The translations under genes and the position numbers were made by a program. From Candidatus Zhuqueibacterota bacterium (GTDB taxonomy: Bacteria > Zhuqueibacterota > Zhuqueibacteria > Thermofontimicrobiales > Thermofontimicrobiaceae), in contig JBMOPW010000014.1 of assembly GCA_049322915.1 (NCBI GenBank), forward strand, positions 986,774 through 1,050,773: 64,000 nt of DNA, given 5' to 3'. Below the pieces are notes generated by a model. That model was not told the DNA's origin, made no database searches, and worked only from the letters and a program-made list of their open reading frames with translations. Each line of letters opens with the position of its first letter. Position 1 is the first letter of the stretch. Shown in pieces: positions 18,040 through 26,052 of this stretch.

Positions 18040-19365
18040 TCAGGATGAACCGGTGAGGTTCTGAAAAATGGCTTCCAGTTGTTTCAACTGTTCAGCGCGA
18101 AGGTAGGCGCCGATGCGGTCAGTATGGGACGGCTGCCATTGTCCAGCCTGCCAGTGGCGATATTGGCTGAACAGAAAATTCTGAATTCCGGGCAAATCAT
18201 CGTAATCGAACATGGAACCGACTCCGGTGTCGTTCAAAATATGGGCGGCGTCGCCGTCCGTTGGTCCAACGGCGAGAATGTACCGCTGGCTGGCCAGATA
18301 TTCGAACAGTTTCCCTGTCACAATGGCTTTTCTGGTCGCCGAATTATTGATCACCAGCAGCAGCAAATGAGATTGGCAGATTTTTTCGATGGCCTGCTGA
18401 TGCGGGATGAAATTGTGCATAGCCAGGATATCATCGATCTGAAACGCAGAAAGCGCCTGGCGCGCGGTGCTATCGATATTCCCATAGAATCGAATCTGAA
18501 AAGAGCCCGGCGCAATTTTCCCGCTCGATTTAAGATTGGCGACTGCCTGATAGAACACAGGCGTCAGGCGGGAGTAGGGTAGATTGCCGATATAGGTGAT
18601 GACGAATGTATCGCGCGGCGGATTGGGAATTTTAGCGGGAAAGGCGTCCGGGTCGAATCCGTTATAAATTACATGAAAGCGACGCCGGTCCAGATTTTTG
18701 CGTCCCTGAATGAGTAAATCGACGCAGCCGGGGCTCACGGCAACGGTGGCATCGGCGCTGCGGAGGACTTTGCCCTCCAGCCAGCGATCCGCGGCTACAG
18801 TCAGCGCTGAGCGCTTTATATCCGAGTAATATTCGATATTGACCCAGGGATCGCGGAAGTCGGCCACAAACGGCAGTCCTGTTTTTTGGGCGATTTTCCG
18901 TGCGATGAGATGAACCGTGTGCGGCGGCCCGGAGGAAAGGATGATCGCGATGTCGGGATTGTCCTTGATGGCCCGAATGCCGGCGCGCACCCCAATGCCG
19001 TACCAGCCGATACGGCCATCCGGGATGAAAAAATTGGCGCGGATGAAATTGGCGATCTTTTCCCTCCAGCCGGCTTTTTTGTTGGCTGACAGCACGGCGA
19101 GCGGAATTTTTTCATCCTTCTTTTTGCCCAGGAACGCGCGATAGAAATTGTATGGCTCGAAAATTTCCGTGCGGATTATTTTCACCTGCGACGGAATTAC
19201 TTTTTCCAGACTTGAGTCGAGGCTGGTGTAATCGCCGTTCTTCACCGTCAAAACGACCGGTTCCCAGCCATTCCCGGTCATGTGCTGGATGATGCGGATA
19301 ATTCGCTGCACAGAGGGTCCGCCGGCCGGCGGAAAATAATAGGTGATGAATAGAAATTTTTTCAA
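18040..19365 (-). CDS. Glycosyltransferase family 4
   Basis: ITYYFPPAGG, SSGPPH, VADFRDPW, IYNGFD, TGKLFEYLA motifs; TTG start. Confidence 0.9.
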   Translation of the reverse strand: MKKFLFITYYFPPAGGPSVQRIIRIIQHMTGNGWEPVVLTVKNGDYTSLDSSLEKVIPSQVKIIRTEIFEPYNFYRAFLGKKKDEKIPLAVLSANKKAGWREKIANFIRANFFIPDGRIGWYGIGVRAGIRAIKDNPDIAIILSSGPPHTVHLIARKIAQKTGLPFVADFRDPWVNIEYYSDIKRSALTVAADRWLEGKVLRSADATVAVSPGCVDLLIQGRKNLDRRRFHVIYNGFDPDAFPAKIPNPPRDTFVITYIGNLPYSRLTPVFYQAVANLKSSGKIAPGSFQIRFYGNIDSTARQALSAFQIDDILAMHNFIPHQQAIEKICQSHLLLLVINNSATRKAIVTGKLFEYLASQRYILAVGPTDGDAAHILNDTGVGSMFDYDDLPGIQNFLFSQYRHWQAGQWQPSHTDRIGAYLRAEQLKQLEAIFQNLTGSS

Positions 19366-19476
19366 TGATCAACTCCGGTGGCTGAAACGTTGGGCGCTTT
19401 GGCAAACCGCCCGATCCGCTCGCCGTGATGACGTGAGAAAACAACGCGCACAGCGACGCTTCAGAAATATGAAGCG

Positions 19477-19902
19477 TCACGGGACGTCCTGATCCAACGG
19501 CGCTTTCGGATCGGAATTGGCTTCAGGCTTCCAATCATCCCAATCGGTGAAGCGGGCGGCATGCTCGACCTGCTGCGGATCAACTGTGCGAATGTCGACG
19601 TCGAGATTCAGCCGCTTTGCAATCAACGGCTGCAACTGATTCGGCTGCTGAATCAGCTTTTCTTTGGACGTGCGGTTGATGCTTTTAATGAGCCGTTCAA
19701 TTTTCAGCGCAGTCCCAACTGTCCCTTCAAAATGCCAGCACTGGGCAATCCGGCTGGGCCGGTGGCTTCGCGTATACCGCGAATTTGCTTTGCCGTCCAA
19801 GTGCTGGCGGAATCGTTTCACTAAATTCGTCGAATAGCCGGTGTAAAAATTCCGGTTCGAGCATTCCAATATATAAATCCAGAAGCTTTTAGTTTCGGTC
19901 AT
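19477..19902 (-). CDS. GIY-YIG nuclease family protein (YhbQ/UPF0213-like)
   Basis: WIYILECS..NFYTGYSTNL..RF.QH..G...YTR..RP; start placed at ATG 19902. Confidence 0.85.
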   Translation of the reverse strand: MTETKSFWIYILECSNRNFYTGYSTNLVKRFRQHLDGKANSRYTRSHRPSRIAQCWHFEGTVGTALKIERLIKSINRTSKEKLIQQPNQLQPLIAKRLNLDVDIRTVDPQQVEHAARFTDWDDWKPEANSDPKAPLDQDVP

Positions 19903-20854
19903 GTTTCCCCGAATCAGCGCGCGGCTGGTTCTCGAAAAAATGCTCGCTGTGTGGATTGAAAATGACATTCAGGTTGCGGGGCAAAATTCCAATGTCGAAT
20001 TTCGAATTGAAATAGAGCTCGCCATCCAGATGGGCTGGCGCTTCGCTTTCGAATTGAAAACTGATTTTATCGATTGTAAAATAATTCACCACCGCGTCGT
20101 GGATATGGACTTTTTTGATCACGCGGAGCAGTTCTTTCACGCGCCCGGCCAATGGCAATTCCTGAATGAGGCACACGTCGAGCAGACCATCGTTGGCGAT
20201 GGCATTGGGAGTCAGATAGAATCCGCCGGCAAGTCGCCGTCCGATGGCAATGGTATTCAGAAATGTCCTGGCCTGTTTAGTGGAACCGTCGATGGTGATC
20301 TGCATTTCTTTTTCTTTGTAGGTCACCAGCGTTTTCAAAATATGCCACCAGTATTTGGATTTGCTGCCGGCCTTCACATGTCGGCTGTTCTGGGATTCAT
20401 AATTTTCGCACGCCACCTGGGCGTCGTAGCCCAGACCCATGCCGTTGATGAAATAGCGGTCGTTGCAGCGGCCGACATCCATTTTAATGATGTTCTTTTG
20501 AAAAAAGATGTCCCAGTCGCTGTCTGTGAACCGGTCGGAGAATCCCAGAATGTTGATGAAATCGTTGCCGGTGCCGGCAGGAATGGCGCCGAAAATCACA
20601 TCAGGCACATTGACGAGACTCTGCACGACCTCGCTGAACGTGCCATCACCTCCAACGGACATAATGTGCCGCACGCCTTTTTGAACGAACTGCCTGGCAA
20701 GTTCGGTCGCGTGCCCTTTTTTTTCGGTGAATACGATGTCTGCCGTGATGTGATGTTGAGCCAATTTCTCCCTGACTGTCGTTACAAAAGAGCCGGCAAA
20801 TCCGTTCCCGGCAATGGGATTGATGATGAAAACCCAGCCTGAGTGTTGATTCAT
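19889..20854 (-). CDS. Diacylglycerol kinase family lipid kinase (YegS/DagK-like)
   Basis: IINPIAG, GGDGT, IPAGTGNDF, DGLLDV, HLDGE motifs. Confidence 0.92.
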   Translation of the reverse strand: MNQHSGWVFIINPIAGNGFAGSFVTTVREKLAQHHITADIVFTEKKGHATELARQFVQKGVRHIMSVGGDGTFSEVVQSLVNVPDVIFGAIPAGTGNDFINILGFSDRFTDSDWDIFFQKNIIKMDVGRCNDRYFINGMGLGYDAQVACENYESQNSRHVKAGSKSKYWWHILKTLVTYKEKEMQITIDGSTKQARTFLNTIAIGRRLAGGFYLTPNAIANDGLLDVCLIQELPLAGRVKELLRVIKKVHIHDAVVNYFTIDKISFQFESEAPAHLDGELYFNSKFDIGILPRNLNVIFNPHSEHFFENQPRADSGKHDRN

Positions 20855-20947
20855 TTTTCCTCCATCCAGATTTTGTGCGAGTGATGTTTCGTGATTCGGC
20901 GAATAGCGGCTGCCTCCAAAATTGGCGCAGCACGAACGAAGCGGTGA

Positions 20948-21196
20948 TTATAACACGCCGCCTCCGATGATGAGACGGATAATTCCGAACATGACAGCGA
21001 TTGCGCAGCAAATGACGCCGCCGATGGCAGCGCCGCGGGTTCGCTCGTCAGACGTGGCCAGTGAGATGACGCTGATGATAAGCCCAATGCCGGAGAAAGG
21101 GATGTTCAGCCAGTTTAAAGCGCCAAGACACGGGATGAATCCGACGACCATGCCCAGAATTGCCAGAATTCCCCAAATGAGACTGAGTGTTTGCAT
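20948..21196 (-). CDS. Small hydrophobic membrane protein
   Basis: 82 aa with 2-3 hydrophobic segments; AGGAGG RBS. Confidence 0.75.
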   Translation of the reverse strand: MQTLSLIWGILAILGMVVGFIPCLGALNWLNIPFSGIGLIISVISLATSDERTRGAAIGGVICCAIAVMFGIIRLIIGGGVL

Positions 21197-21319
21197 TGAA
21201 TCCTCCTTTGTTCAAAATCCATGATCATTTAACTGCGCGGTAACTCCGTTGACAGAATGAATTGAATCGCCGATTGCCCATCCATTTTGCCTGCGTCACG
21301 TCCCTGCTCGTTCGCCAAA

Positions 21320-21670
21320 TTAAGCGCGCGGAAGTGTGAATCGCTCCCGGACAGATCTGCGTCCAACCTGCCGAACGAAGTACGCCAGGCAGACAATTTC
21401 GTTGACAATGAACGCCGCATACAACGGAATACTCAAGCGGTTGCCGGCGTAGGCCGCAGTGAAATCACCACGGGATATGGCAATGAATCCTGTGGTCAGC
21501 CCACAGAACAGGCAATCTTTATTGTATTTTGTTTTCCATTGACAGGTCGGCGTCAGCGCGTAAATCTCCCCGGCAGAAATCAGAAAAGGCGCCGTCACGA
21601 TGAAAAGAATGATCGCGCTCAGGATGAGCCATACAATCACAATGGCAAGTTTCACTTGCTGGTTCATCAT
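21320..21670 (-). CDS. DUF2752-like membrane protein
   Basis: C....Y.KDCLFCGLTTGF...GDF..A...N motif flanked by TM helices. Confidence 0.7.
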   Translation of the reverse strand: MMNQQVKLAIVIVWLILSAIILFIVTAPFLISAGEIYALTPTCQWKTKYNKDCLFCGLTTGFIAISRGDFTAAYAGNRLSIPLYAAFIVNEIVCLAYFVRQVGRRSVRERFTLPRA

Positions 21671-21718
21671 CTATCAGTGGCCTTGTGTTTTCTGCAATCG
21701 GAGGAAAAACGCTCCGGC

Positions 21719-21928
21719 CTAATTGGTGAAAAAATCGAATATGTTGCCTAGCATGCTGCTCTCCGCTTTGTAGATTTCCGTGAATTTGCACCGGGCGCAG
21801 GTGACAGTGGAAAACCGTTGTGTCTGGACATTGAATATCTTCGTCCAGAATCCGCCGGTCGCCCGGAATTCACCGATCTCGTATTGCGTGTTGCCGCACT
21901 TGGGACATTTAAAATTCAGTTGGTTCAT
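21719..21928 (-). CDS. Zinc-ribbon domain protein (DUF2082-like)
   Basis: CPKC...GG..TKIFNVQ..F..VTC..C..TE.Y...NIFDFF. Confidence 0.8.
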   Translation of the reverse strand: MNQLNFKCPKCGNTQYEIGEFRATGGFWTKIFNVQTQRFSTVTCARCKFTEIYKAESSMLGNIFDFFTN

Positions 21929-21991
21929 GGTTCGATACCATTTTCAGCTAAGGTTATTGCAGCCGACGCGTTGGCTGCGACTAATGTGCGA

Positions 21992-22305
21992 TTAACCCTA
22001 CAACGTCATTTAGTAAATTTATCACAATATGTTGAGTTTTTCATCTATCAAAAATACAATATACAGCGAAAAAAATCTATGTGACGTAGTAGGGTTAACC
22101 CTACAACGTCATTTAGTAAATTTATCACAATATGTTGAGTTTTTCATCTATCAAAAATACAATATACAACGATAAAAAATCTATGTGACGTAGTAGGGTT
22201 AACCCTACAACGTCATTTAGTAAATTTATCACAATATGTTGAGTTTTTCATCTATCAAAAATACAATATACAACGAAAAAAATCTATGTGACGTAGTAGG
22301 GTTAA
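21992..22305. mobile_element. Tandem array of three 99-100 bp MITE-like units separated and flanked by TTAA
   Basis: Units 21996-22094, 22099-22198, 22203-22301; ends CCCTACAACGTCAT ... GTGACGTAGTAGGG (12/14 inverted match); TTAA at 21992, 22095, 22199, 22302. Confidence 0.8.
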
Positions 22306-22997
22306 TTATCTGTTGGTAAACGCCACAGCTTCAGGTCTTTGAAGAGTTCCCCCTGACTGGCCCGCTGTTTTATACTTTCGGCCTGTTGGTACAGGAGATT
22401 TTCACCAATGACCACTTTAAAGTTAGGATCATCGTCGTAGGGAGCGTATATCACAGCGGTGAATTCTTTCTGTACCTCATTCAAATGAAGGGCCTGAGCG
22501 CGGGCATCCTCCAGTTTTTCAAACGATCCGGCGATCACGAACCAGATATGTCGACTGCTGATGCGGCTGCCGGTCAATCCGCGGAGAAGCTGCTGCCAAC
22601 CTGTTTCTCTGAGACGAGCAAACGTTTTGACCGAGTCGGTGACTGCCGGTTCCTGGGCGTACGCGCTGGCGACAATATTCATCTGGCCGATGTGGGTTTT
22701 CGTTGATTGGAGCGAGGCTTTAGGCACATCCACCTGACCGGCATTCAACAGTGCGGTAATGAGCGCCGGCGCGACGATTCCCAACTCGAAGATTTTCACC
22801 GGGCTGTGTTCGTCTTTGTGAAGAAATGCGATAACGCCGCCCAGATAAAACAGGACAACAACCCGCAAAGCATAGCCGAACACAGCCATGATGGTGACGT
22901 TGATGAGAAGTATGTTCAGATCAACTGCTAATAAATTCATGATAATGGGAGTGAGAGCTCCCATTCCACCTATCATAATTTTTTTCCCTGTTGTCAT
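22302..22997 (-). CDS. Membrane protein with C-terminal SPOR-like domain
   Basis: N-terminal TM helices; WFVIAGSF...DARAQA...KVVIG pattern; start at ATG 22997 after a GAGGGAG RBS. Confidence 0.6.
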   Translation of the reverse strand: MTTGKKIMIGGMGALTPIIMNLLAVDLNILLINVTIMAVFGYALRVVVLFYLGGVIAFLHKDEHSPVKIFELGIVAPALITALLNAGQVDVPKASLQSTKTHIGQMNIVASAYAQEPAVTDSVKTFARLRETGWQQLLRGLTGSRISSRHIWFVIAGSFEKLEDARAQALHLNEVQKEFTAVIYAPYDDDPNFKVVIGENLLYQQAESIKQRASQGELFKDLKLWRLPTDN

Positions 22998-23242
22998 TTG
23001 AGGCACTCCCTCGTTATTGGTGCTTGCTTCATGCACGATCCTATTTAAGGGCCGGGCGGGCGCATGTATTTTTATCAGTCCGACGATGGGCAACTAAACC
23101 AGTTCGCTGAACGCGTCTGTCACTGCTTCAGTCTGAGCGCCACTATGCTGACCCGGACTTATATGGCAGTCAATATATAAAAAATGTATTATCATGTCAA
23201 GTAAATATTACAGTTCTATCAAATTAGTCGTAGGTACGCTTG

Positions 23243-23268
23243 GCGCTGGATGAATATCCAGCGCGATC
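23243..23268. repeat. REP-like palindrome
   Basis: Reverse complement GATCGCGCTGGATATTCATCCAGCGC, one mismatch to the copy at 17786. Confidence 0.65.
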
Positions 23269-23339
23269 ATGTAGCTAAACAATTACAATGAGGCCCGGCA
23301 AAGCGCGGGATAGATGGTGGGAACAGCAGCAACGCGAAC

Positions 23340-23518
23340 TTAGTACAGCATTTCACAATTTCTTGTAGGGTAGGTTGTCATGCCCGTCCCGCATTTGCGG
23401 GATTATCGGGCATCCTCAAAATGGATTCCCGCTAAAAACATGCGGGAATGACAGCACTCTATGAATGCAGTTTTTAAAATTTTCAAACCCTATAACAATT
23501 TATGAAATGATGTACTTA
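23340..23518. mobile_element. 173-bp MITE with 29-bp imperfect TIRs, TTA flanks and an internal palindromic repeat
   Basis: GTACAGCATTTCACAATTTCTTGTAGGGT vs reverse complement of right end GTACATCATTTCATAAATTGTTATAGGGT (24/29); TTA at 23340 and 23516; internal TGTCATGCCCG...GGATTCCCGC...GCGGGAATGACA at 23376-23453. Confidence 0.7.
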
Positions 23519-24193
23519 GTCTTCCACGACATACTCAAACAGCAGACTGGACAACACGATGAAAATGATGTCGAACGCGACCAGGATGTTCAGCCAGGAC
23601 AGTGCGCCGGCGATTGTCCCGCTTTGGATTAACGCGCTCGTCGCTTTCACGGCGGAGAGAATAATGGGGATGGCGATTGGAAATAGCAGGACCGGCAGCA
23701 TAATTTCCCGCGCGCGCGTATTCACGGAAACTGCGGACAGCAACGTGCCCACAGCGGCGAACCCTAATGTTCCCAGGAAGACGAACAGGATCAGCGGCAG
23801 CAGAATCGGGAAAATGCTGAGGTTGAAGAAGACAATCATCACCGGGAGGATGATGATTTCCATCATCAGCATGAAGATAAAATTGCCCAGCGCCTTGCCC
23901 AGATAGATGACAATGTGGTCGACCGGGCAGAGCAGCAGTCCCTGAAGGCAGCCCTGGTCGACTTCGTAGATGAACGAACGATTCAGCCCCAGAATGCCGG
24001 CAAAAGTGATGGCAACCCACAGAATGCCGGGAATCATATCCAGCACCAGCGTGCTGCCCGGTTCGAACATGAAATTGAAAATGATGACGACGATCAGGCA
24101 GAAGATCATCATGGAGGAGATGGTCTCGCGGCTTCGATATTCCGAGAGAATGTCCTTCCAGGCGATGGTGAGAATTGCATTCATCTGGGTCAC
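23516..24193 (-). CDS. ccmB: Heme exporter protein CcmB
   Basis: IAWKD...EYRS, PGILWV, LNRSF.YE...GCL.GL, LPVLLFP motifs; next to ccmA. Confidence 0.92.
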   Translation of the reverse strand: MTQMNAILTIAWKDILSEYRSRETISSMMIFCLIVVIIFNFMFEPGSTLVLDMIPGILWVAITFAGILGLNRSFIYEVDQGCLQGLLLCPVDHIVIYLGKALGNFIFMLMMEIIILPVMIVFFNLSIFPILLPLILFVFLGTLGFAAVGTLLSAVSVNTRAREIMLPVLLFPIAIPIILSAVKATSALIQSGTIAGALSWLNILVAFDIIFIVLSSLLFEYVVED

Positions 24194-24897
24194 GAGATAC
24201 TCCCCTCGGTCATGTTGCGGTAATTGGCCTGAAAATTTTCAAACGTCGTTTCGCGACAGGCCTGCTGATCCAGCACCTTGCCCCTGGAGATGATGGCGTA
24301 GTGATCGGCCAGGGACCAGCCCACATGCAAATCGTGGGTAGTCATCATCAGCAAGCGATCCGGTGAAACCAGCGACTGCAACAAGTGGGTGAAAATATCA
24401 ATCCCCCGTTGATCCAGTCCGGTGAACGGCTCATCCAGCAGAATAATCCGCGGATCGTTCAACAGCGCCCGGGCAATGGCAAGACGCTGATGCATGCCGC
24501 GCGAGAAATTCCGGACAAGGTCTGTTTTACGCTCGATCAGGCCAACCTGAGCCAGGAGATCGTCAATCTCCCGGTCGTTCTGTTTGACCAGATACATACG
24601 GGAATAGAAGCGGAGGTTCTCTTCAGCGGTCAATTTATCGTAGAGAAAACTTTGATGGCCAATGAAGCCAATCTGCTTTCGCACATTGAGACGCGAGCGG
24701 TGCGGGTCTGCGCCGTCGATCGTGATGCTGCCATCGGTGGCGCGGGAGAGCGTGGCTATGATTTTGAGCAACGTGGTCTTTCCTGCGCCATTTGGGCCAA
24801 CGATCATCCAGAATTCGCCGGCGTTCAACGTGAGATTGATCCCGCGCAGGGCATAGATTGAGCCGAACGATTTGATCAGATTTTGAATGACGATCAT
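24190..24897 (-). CDS. ccmA: Heme ABC exporter ATP-binding protein CcmA
   Basis: GPNGAGKTT, FSRGMHQRL, LLDEPFTGLD; ATGA overlaps with both neighbours; start at 24897. Confidence 0.9.
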   Translation of the reverse strand: MIVIQNLIKSFGSIYALRGINLTLNAGEFWMIVGPNGAGKTTLLKIIATLSRATDGSITIDGADPHRSRLNVRKQIGFIGHQSFLYDKLTAEENLRFYSRMYLVKQNDREIDDLLAQVGLIERKTDLVRNFSRGMHQRLAIARALLNDPRIILLDEPFTGLDQRGIDIFTHLLQSLVSPDRLLMMTTHDLHVGWSLADHYAIISRGKVLDQQACRETTFENFQANYRNMTEGSIS

Positions 24898-25853
24898 GAT
24901 TTTCTTAACGTATATCCAAATCCAACAACCAGCAGAATGCCGACTGCGATGAGCACAACCCATTTCACCGGAAATGATTTATCCGGCAGGTTGGTCACAG
25001 TGATATCCAGGGTTTTCCCCGGCATGAGTCCGCGGACCGAGTACCGTTTGTAATTGATATTTCGGATGGGAAAATTGCCCATGGGCATAATTCCTGGCCC
25101 TTCCAGCGAAACCTCCGGGTTGGAGATAAAAATATTGACCTCTCCAATCGGGTAGAGCGTGTCGCGCGTGTAATGCCAGTCCCCTTTTTTATGAGGAACA
25201 AAATAGCGATACGAGAGTTGGCGCGACCCGGGCGAGAGCAAATCCGTAGTCAACAAATTGCCCTCCTTGATGAAGACTGATTGCCTGGCTTCCGGCGTGA
25301 GAATTTCCAGGTCGTGAAAGTGTTCCGGCAAGGGGAATTTCAAAACCCAACTTCCGCTGCTGTCGCTGTAGTTCTGACCGATGAACGTTTTTGTCCCCAT
25401 ATTTTGGATGATGAAAATTTCGCGCATCCGAATGCCTTCCTCTTCCGGTTCAATGAACAGATGCTCCAACTGGAAGCTGATCATATTCTTCAGGGAGGTC
25501 GTGTCGTAAACCACCACGCTGCTTTGAAGAGAGCCATGCCCCGGAAATAAACGCGCGCCGTGGCCGTAATAGACCACTCCTTCAAAAGTGGCGCGGGGGT
25601 AGTAGGTTTTCAGCGTATCGAAGGGGACAGCGTGGAAAGAGAACTCCCCGCGCTCGTTCGTCGTCTGGACGTAAGTCGAATCGTCGATCAGCGAGTGGCC
25701 CTGATAAACCAGCAGTTCCACGTCGATGCCGGAGACGATTGCGCTATCGGCTGAACCATTGTAGACAAATCCGGAGACAGCGCCTGTCTGACTGAACACC
25801 AGCGACGAGGCCGCGATATAGAGCAGGAAAAAAAATAGGATTTTTTTATGCAT
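24894..25853 (-). CDS. Exported beta-rich protein with C-terminal TM anchor, inside the ccm operon
   Basis: Signal peptide, carboxypeptidase-regulatory-like N-domain (VSGFVYNG...TTNERGEFSF), terminal hydrophobic helix; stop overlaps the ccmA start. Confidence 0.7.
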   Translation of the reverse strand: MHKKILFFFLLYIAASSLVFSQTGAVSGFVYNGSADSAIVSGIDVELLVYQGHSLIDDSTYVQTTNERGEFSFHAVPFDTLKTYYPRATFEGVVYYGHGARLFPGHGSLQSSVVVYDTTSLKNMISFQLEHLFIEPEEEGIRMREIFIIQNMGTKTFIGQNYSDSSGSWVLKFPLPEHFHDLEILTPEARQSVFIKEGNLLTTDLLSPGSRQLSYRYFVPHKKGDWHYTRDTLYPIGEVNIFISNPEVSLEGPGIMPMGNFPIRNINYKRYSVRGLMPGKTLDITVTNLPDKSFPVKWVVLIAVGILLVVGFGYTLRKS

Positions 25854-25950
25854 AATGATTACCGTCTGGTTTGATACATCAATCGGATGAATAAAACGAT
25901 TTACTGAAATTAGACCGATCATTCAAGCAGATATGTCCCATCTATCGCCC

Positions 25951-25976
25951 GCGCTGGATGAATGACCGGCGCGATC
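25951..25976. repeat. REP-like palindrome (degenerate copy)
   Basis: GCGCTGGATGAATGACCGGCGCGATC, similar to the 23243 copy. Confidence 0.55.
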
Positions 25977-26052
25977 GTGGTTCAATAAACGGAATGCACT
26001 CCACATGAATTTTTTTCGGATGCCACAATTCACTCAAACTGATTGAGCAGGA

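Noticed and set aside
19477..19902. GIY-YIG gene as homing endonuclease or mobiliser of the nearby repeats
   Set aside because: Looks like the stand-alone YhbQ/UPF0213 type, overlaps the lipid kinase gene in an operon, and has no intron or flanking repeats
19901..20842. 313-aa plus-strand ORF
   Set aside because: Antisense shadow of the lipid kinase gene, with no motifs; the same applies to the other long antisense ORFs (e.g. 60616..61329, 26164..26706, 52819..53274)
21992..22305. CRISPR array reading of the tandem repeat (palindromic junction as repeat)
   Set aside because: The would-be spacers are near-identical and no cas genes are present; TIR plus TTAA structure fits a MITE stack better
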